Assembly: GCA_050951325.1 (NCBI GenBank)
Contig: JBMNIW010000012.1
Span: forward strand, 1-64,000
Source: Clostridia bacterium
GTDB lineage: Bacteria > Bacillota > Clostridia > UBA1212 > DUPL01
Length of the DNA stretch: 64,000 nt
Direction: 5' to 3'
Under the pieces are notes generated by a model. That model did no database searches, was not told where the DNA came from, and was given only the letters and a program-made list of their open reading frames with translations. A program made the position numbers and the translations under genes. Positions 60,247-64,000 of this stretch are shown piece by piece; the stretch's first letter is position 1; every line of letters starts with the position of its first letter.

Positions 60247-61350
60247 TTATCCTTCGAAGGGAAAAACAAAATCAAGGTTCAGCATATCTCTAACTCCAAC
60301 AAGTTCTTTGCGAACCGATTCGTTTACAAACAAACCTTTGTCTATTCTCTCCATCCTGGCAAGATACTCCTTTTCCCCAGCCGTATAGATTCGGTCATGA
60401 CCTTCCGCCTTTTTGGAATTCCTAAGTTCTCTTAGGATGTCTCCTGCAGTCTTCTTAAACACCTGAACCCCCATGAAAGCCTCAGGGTCAATGGCTATAA
60501 AGAAATGGCCCAGCGGATAAGGTATCTTTTCTCCCTTTTCGTTAACACCAGCAAGCATCTTTAAATAACTGCCCGCCTGAAGCGCTGCACTCAGTATTTC
60601 CACAACTGTGGCATAACCGTAACCCTTGTAGCCTCCTAGCTCCTCTCCAATTCCCCCCAACGGTGCCAAAGCGGCTCTTCCTTCATTAAGTGCCTTCAAT
60701 ATTTCGTTACTGTCCGTCATCGCCTTGCCATCCTCACCTATTACCATACCAAAAGGCGTATCCATGTTGCTTCTGGCAAAGTATTCAATCTTCCCTCTTT
60801 GGGTTATGCTTGTGGCACAGTCAAGGACAAAGGGGAACTCTTCATCCGTAGGCATTCCAAAGGTGAGGGGATTTGTACCCAGCATGTTTTCCACTCCAAA
60901 GGTAGGAGCAATAGATGGTCTTGCATTGGTGCCTGTTATGCCTATCATATCTGCGTCCGTTGCCATGGTAACATAATATCCTGCAAACCCATAGTGGGTT
61001 GAGTTTCTTACGGCAACCATGCCCATTCCATACTTTTTTGCCTTTTCCATACACATCTTCATTGCCTTGTATGCAATAACCATTCCCATGCCGTTATGTC
61101 CGTCAATAACCGCTGTGGTTTTGGTTTCCCTTACAACTTCAAATTCGGTAACGGGATTCAATATTCCGTCAATTATTCTGTCTACATATATGGGTTTGAA
61201 ACGATTGACGCCATGACTCTCGATTCCTCTTTTATCACTTTCAATCAATATATCGGCACAAATTGCCGCATCTTCTTCAGGTACGCCAAGTTTTACAAAT
61301 GCGCATATTATGAAGTCTTCAATCTTATCCCAGGATATGTACATATTCAT
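60247..61350 (-). CDS. Ldh_2-family oxidoreductase (type 2 malate/L-lactate dehydrogenase-like)
   Basis: GIESHG, RNSTHYG, GTNP, GYKGYG. Confidence 0.9.
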   Translation of the reverse strand: MNMYISWDKIEDFIICAFVKLGVPEEDAAICADILIESDKRGIESHGVNRFKPIYVDRIIDGILNPVTEFEVVRETKTTAVIDGHNGMGMVIAYKAMKMCMEKAKKYGMGMVAVRNSTHYGFAGYYVTMATDADMIGITGTNARPSIAPTFGVENMLGTNPLTFGMPTDEEFPFVLDCATSITQRGKIEYFARSNMDTPFGMVIGEDGKAMTDSNEILKALNEGRAALAPLGGIGEELGGYKGYGYATVVEILSAALQAGSYLKMLAGVNEKGEKIPYPLGHFFIAIDPEAFMGVQVFKKTAGDILRELRNSKKAEGHDRIYTAGEKEYLARMERIDKGLFVNESVRKELVGVRDMLNLDFVFPFEG

Positions 61351-61427
61351 CCGCTCCTTTTTAGGTTATAAACCATTACCTATTGTATATAAATGTATCA
61401 TAATTATGACTGCAATGCAATTGAACA

Positions 61428-61470
61428 ATAAAAATAACCGGTTGAGTGTTTCCCAACCAGTTATTTTTAT
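61428..61470 (-). terminator. Rho-independent terminator
   Basis: ataaaaataac.ggttg...caacc.gttatttttat. Confidence 0.7.
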
Positions 61471-61488
61471 CTAATTTCTTTATTTGGA

Positions 61489-61965
61489 TTACATCAGGTT
61501 TATCTCACCAGTTTTTAGGTTGAATGAATATACACCTTCAAAATCATCGTCGTTTACTGTTGTCCACCTGAAATCGACAGCTATAGTCTCTTGATCTTCC
61601 CACCCTCTGATTTTGAATACAGGATCAGGCCGCGAATTTCTCGGCTTATTATCGTCTCCTACAAGAGCAGCAATCCCCGCCATGCTTGGAGTAGGTCTTT
61701 CTTCTTTTTTCTCTATATCCACTATGGTACTGTCTGCATAGGTTCTTGCCGCATAGTTTATTGCCAGGTAACTACTATCGGAAGACCAAAGGAATTCCAC
61801 CATCAAATATCCAGGAGTCATGGACCATACAATTTCCTCATCTTCCAGACGAATTATGCGGATGCCATCATAGGATTCAAAGATACCATCCACCAAAGTT
61901 GCGTATGCTTCAGCACGATATTTACCATCAGGAGAGCTGGATGAAAATATTTTGCTGGTTGGCAC
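61489..61965 (-). CDS. Hypothetical protein (SPDGKY...WSSDS); 5' end possibly degraded
   Basis: Open frame with propeller-like motifs; the upstream hydrophobic leader is interrupted by stops. Confidence 0.55.
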   Translation of the reverse strand: MPTSKIFSSSSPDGKYRAEAYATLVDGIFESYDGIRIIRLEDEEIVWSMTPGYLMVEFLWSSDSSYLAINYAARTYADSTIVDIEKKEERPTPSMAGIAALVGDDNKPRNSRPDPVFKIRGWEDQETIAVDFRWTTVNDDDFEGVYSFNLKTGEINLM

Positions 61966-62078
61966 TTCATATACCCTTGTTTCGTAGTTCGCACCATGAA
62001 TAATTAGGACAAAAATAGATAATAATCATCAACAAACGCCCAAATATAGCAATGTCATTAACTTAAGAAACTCGTTTT

Positions 62079-62112
62079 AAAGAACCCTAACTTATTCGGT
62101 TAGGGTCTTTTT
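62079..62112. terminator. Terminator-like hairpin
   Basis: accctaac...gttagggt flanked by A- and T-tracts. Confidence 0.6.
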
Positions 62113-62159
62113 ATTACATTTTCAGTTTACATTTTAAAACAGATATGATAAAATAATAC

Positions 62160-62290
62160 AGAATACTATTACCATTACCATCTGTAATGCTGATAAGATT
62201 GCCCCAACTGTCATATGTATACTTGGCAACAACATTGTAGTTTTGGTCAATTACTCCAATAATATCACCCTACTCATCATAGAGTAAAAT
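62160..62290 (-). pseudogene. RHS-repeat core fragment
   Basis: LYDE*GDIIGVIDQNYNVVAKYTYDSWGNLISITDGNGN; YxYDxWG motif. Confidence 0.75.
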
Positions 62291-62387
62291 TACTGTTTTT
62301 CACTCCTTTATTTAATTCCGTACCGTTACATTCTATGAATTGTTTTATTGCTAACCTTGCTCCTTTTAAACCTAAAGAACCTCTCTT

Positions 62388-63239
62388 TTACCTGTGTTTT
62401 ATAAACGTTCCGTTACTCAGTTCCTCGAAAGCAAGGTCCAGTTCCTCTTTGGTGTTCATGACAATAGGACCTCCCCATGCTATAGGTTGTTTCAAAGGCC
62501 TTGCTGATAAAAGAATGAACCGTACATCCGTATCATGCGCCTTTATCCAGAACTTCTCACCCTTGTTAAAGAGTATGGCCTGCTTTGCATCGTATAATTC
62601 ATTTTGATCGGAGGGGTTGAAAGTGGCTTGTCCATAAAACATGTATATGAACAAGGTATTTTCAGGGTTTGTAACGAAACTCCATTCCTTGTTTGCTTCC
62701 AAAGCCACATCAAAGTATGTAGCTTTTACGTATTTTCCTTCAAAAGCACCTTTTGTTCCATTGTATTCACCTGAAATTATGCGTATTTTAACACCGTCTT
62801 TCTCGATTTCAGGCACATCCTCGCACTTGATGTCCCCGTAAGCGGGTTTTGTCATCTTGTCTTTGGCGGGCAGATTCAGCCATATTTGCGCTCCAAGCAT
62901 TCTTTTGCTCTCTTTTGGCATTTCCTGATGGATTATGCCCGAGCCTGCCGTCATCCACTGGCATTCGCCATCCAGAATAACTCCCTCATTTCCAAGGCTG
63001 TCACCATGTTCTACCTTCCCGCTTATTAAATAGGTGATAGTTTCAATTCCCCTGTGCGGATGCCATGGAAATCCTTTAATATAGTCTTGCGGGTCTGTTG
63101 AGTCAAAAGCGTCCAGCATGAGGAAGGGGTCGTAATCCTTTGTATCTCTGTAACCAATCACTCTTACCAGATTGACACCTGCCCCATCTACTGCTCTCTT
63201 CCCTGATGTAACCTTTGCTACCTTTCTGATTTTGTCCAT
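62388..63239 (-). CDS. Pirin family protein
   Basis: DPFLMLD, HPHRGIETITY, MTAGSGIIHQE, GPIVMN. Confidence 0.93.
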   Translation of the reverse strand: MDKIRKVAKVTSGKRAVDGAGVNLVRVIGYRDTKDYDPFLMLDAFDSTDPQDYIKGFPWHPHRGIETITYLISGKVEHGDSLGNEGVILDGECQWMTAGSGIIHQEMPKESKRMLGAQIWLNLPAKDKMTKPAYGDIKCEDVPEIEKDGVKIRIISGEYNGTKGAFEGKYVKATYFDVALEANKEWSFVTNPENTLFIYMFYGQATFNPSDQNELYDAKQAILFNKGEKFWIKAHDTDVRFILLSARPLKQPIAWGGPIVMNTKEELDLAFEELSNGTFIKHR

Positions 63240-63477
63240 AGCTTTAGGTCCTTTCATTGTATTTTATGGTAATTATACAATGAAAGATTAAGACGTTCAA
63301 GACAATTGTTAATTTTTATGAAAGTTTTCACATTTTTCTTATTCATCTGTTTATTTTCTTTACACTTTAATGTATACTTAGGTGTATAGTTACCTCAATT
63401 GTAAATACGTGTAACAAATGGTCCAAGGCTTGTAAAATACCTATACATTTTATACGCAGACAAGGGGGTAGGTATAC

Positions 63478-64000
63478 ATGAAGGACAAAATACTAGTACT
63501 GAATGACAACCCACAAGAGCAAAACATTATCAAAAACGTACTTGGCGAGTATGAAATACTTGTTGCACAAAGCTACGATAAAGCCTTGGAGTTTCTTAAG
63601 AAATACAGCAATATCAAGCTCGTATTTGTAGATATAAGCAGTCGGCACTTAAACGGTTTCAAATTGCTTTCGGATATGTACCAGTATCCAGGTCCTCAAT
63701 CTATAATTCTGGCAGAAACCACCGACATAGAAAATGTAAAAGAGGGAATGAAACTTGGTGCCTTAAGCTACATGTTCAGACCCCTTGATGGCGATGCCCT
63801 CAAATCTGTCATGGAAGTACATATAGAAAAGATTGACGAATATGGCTTTAAGATTTTCAATCCCAGAAGGGCTTTTGATGCTGTATTTGATACTGCACCT
63901 ATCGGGATTGCAATGACTCTTGGAAAATGCCCCTTTGTTGATATCAACTATAAATTCCTGAGGACAAACTCTAAATTTGAGCAAATTACCGGTAGAAAGA
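63478..64000 (+). CDS. REC-PAS signalling protein, truncated by the window end
   Basis: MKDKILVLND...LVFVD...NGF...GA, then VFDTAPIGIA...NSKFEQITG; open to the end. Confidence 0.8.
   Translation, partial: MKDKILVLNDNPQEQNIIKNVLGEYEILVAQSYDKALEFLKKYSNIKLVFVDISSRHLNGFKLLSDMYQYPGPQSIILAETTDIENVKEGMKLGALSYMFRPLDGDALKSVMEVHIEKIDEYGFKIFNPRRAFDAVFDTAPIGIAMTLGKCPFVDINYKFLRTNSKFEQITGRK

Overview
A 64-kb window from a low-GC Gram-positive bacterium, probably Clostridia-like (inferred from gene content and ribosome-binding sites). It has four parts. (1) 1-6600: a complete IS110 element with a recognisable bridge-RNA-like leader, inserted in the ribosome-binding site of a phage tail gene, followed by holin-like genes and three tandem large serine recombinases (prophage/integrative-element end). 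(2) 6619-33112: an SDR pseudogene with an internally inverted segment, then a minus-strand Wzx/Wzy polysaccharide locus (fnlABC, glycosyltransferases, LicD, cytidylyltransferase, kinase, aminotransferase). The 5' end of the locus (27.0-31.4 kb) is a stack of three truncated aminotransferase genes, each broken at a related short TG-initiated DNA motif, plus an ISL3. (3) 33203-37003: a pRiA4b-ORF3-like gene and an IS1634 with a 51-bp target duplication. (4) 37096-64000: AT-richer genes for lipoproteins and membrane-anchored glycan-acting proteins, a six-unit array of zinc-ribbon/beta-propeller paralogues and remnants, an Ldh_2 oxidoreductase, an RHS remnant, pirin and a truncated REC-PAS gene. 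No rRNA, tRNA or CRISPR array was seen. All calls come from reading motifs by eye; no database search was run.
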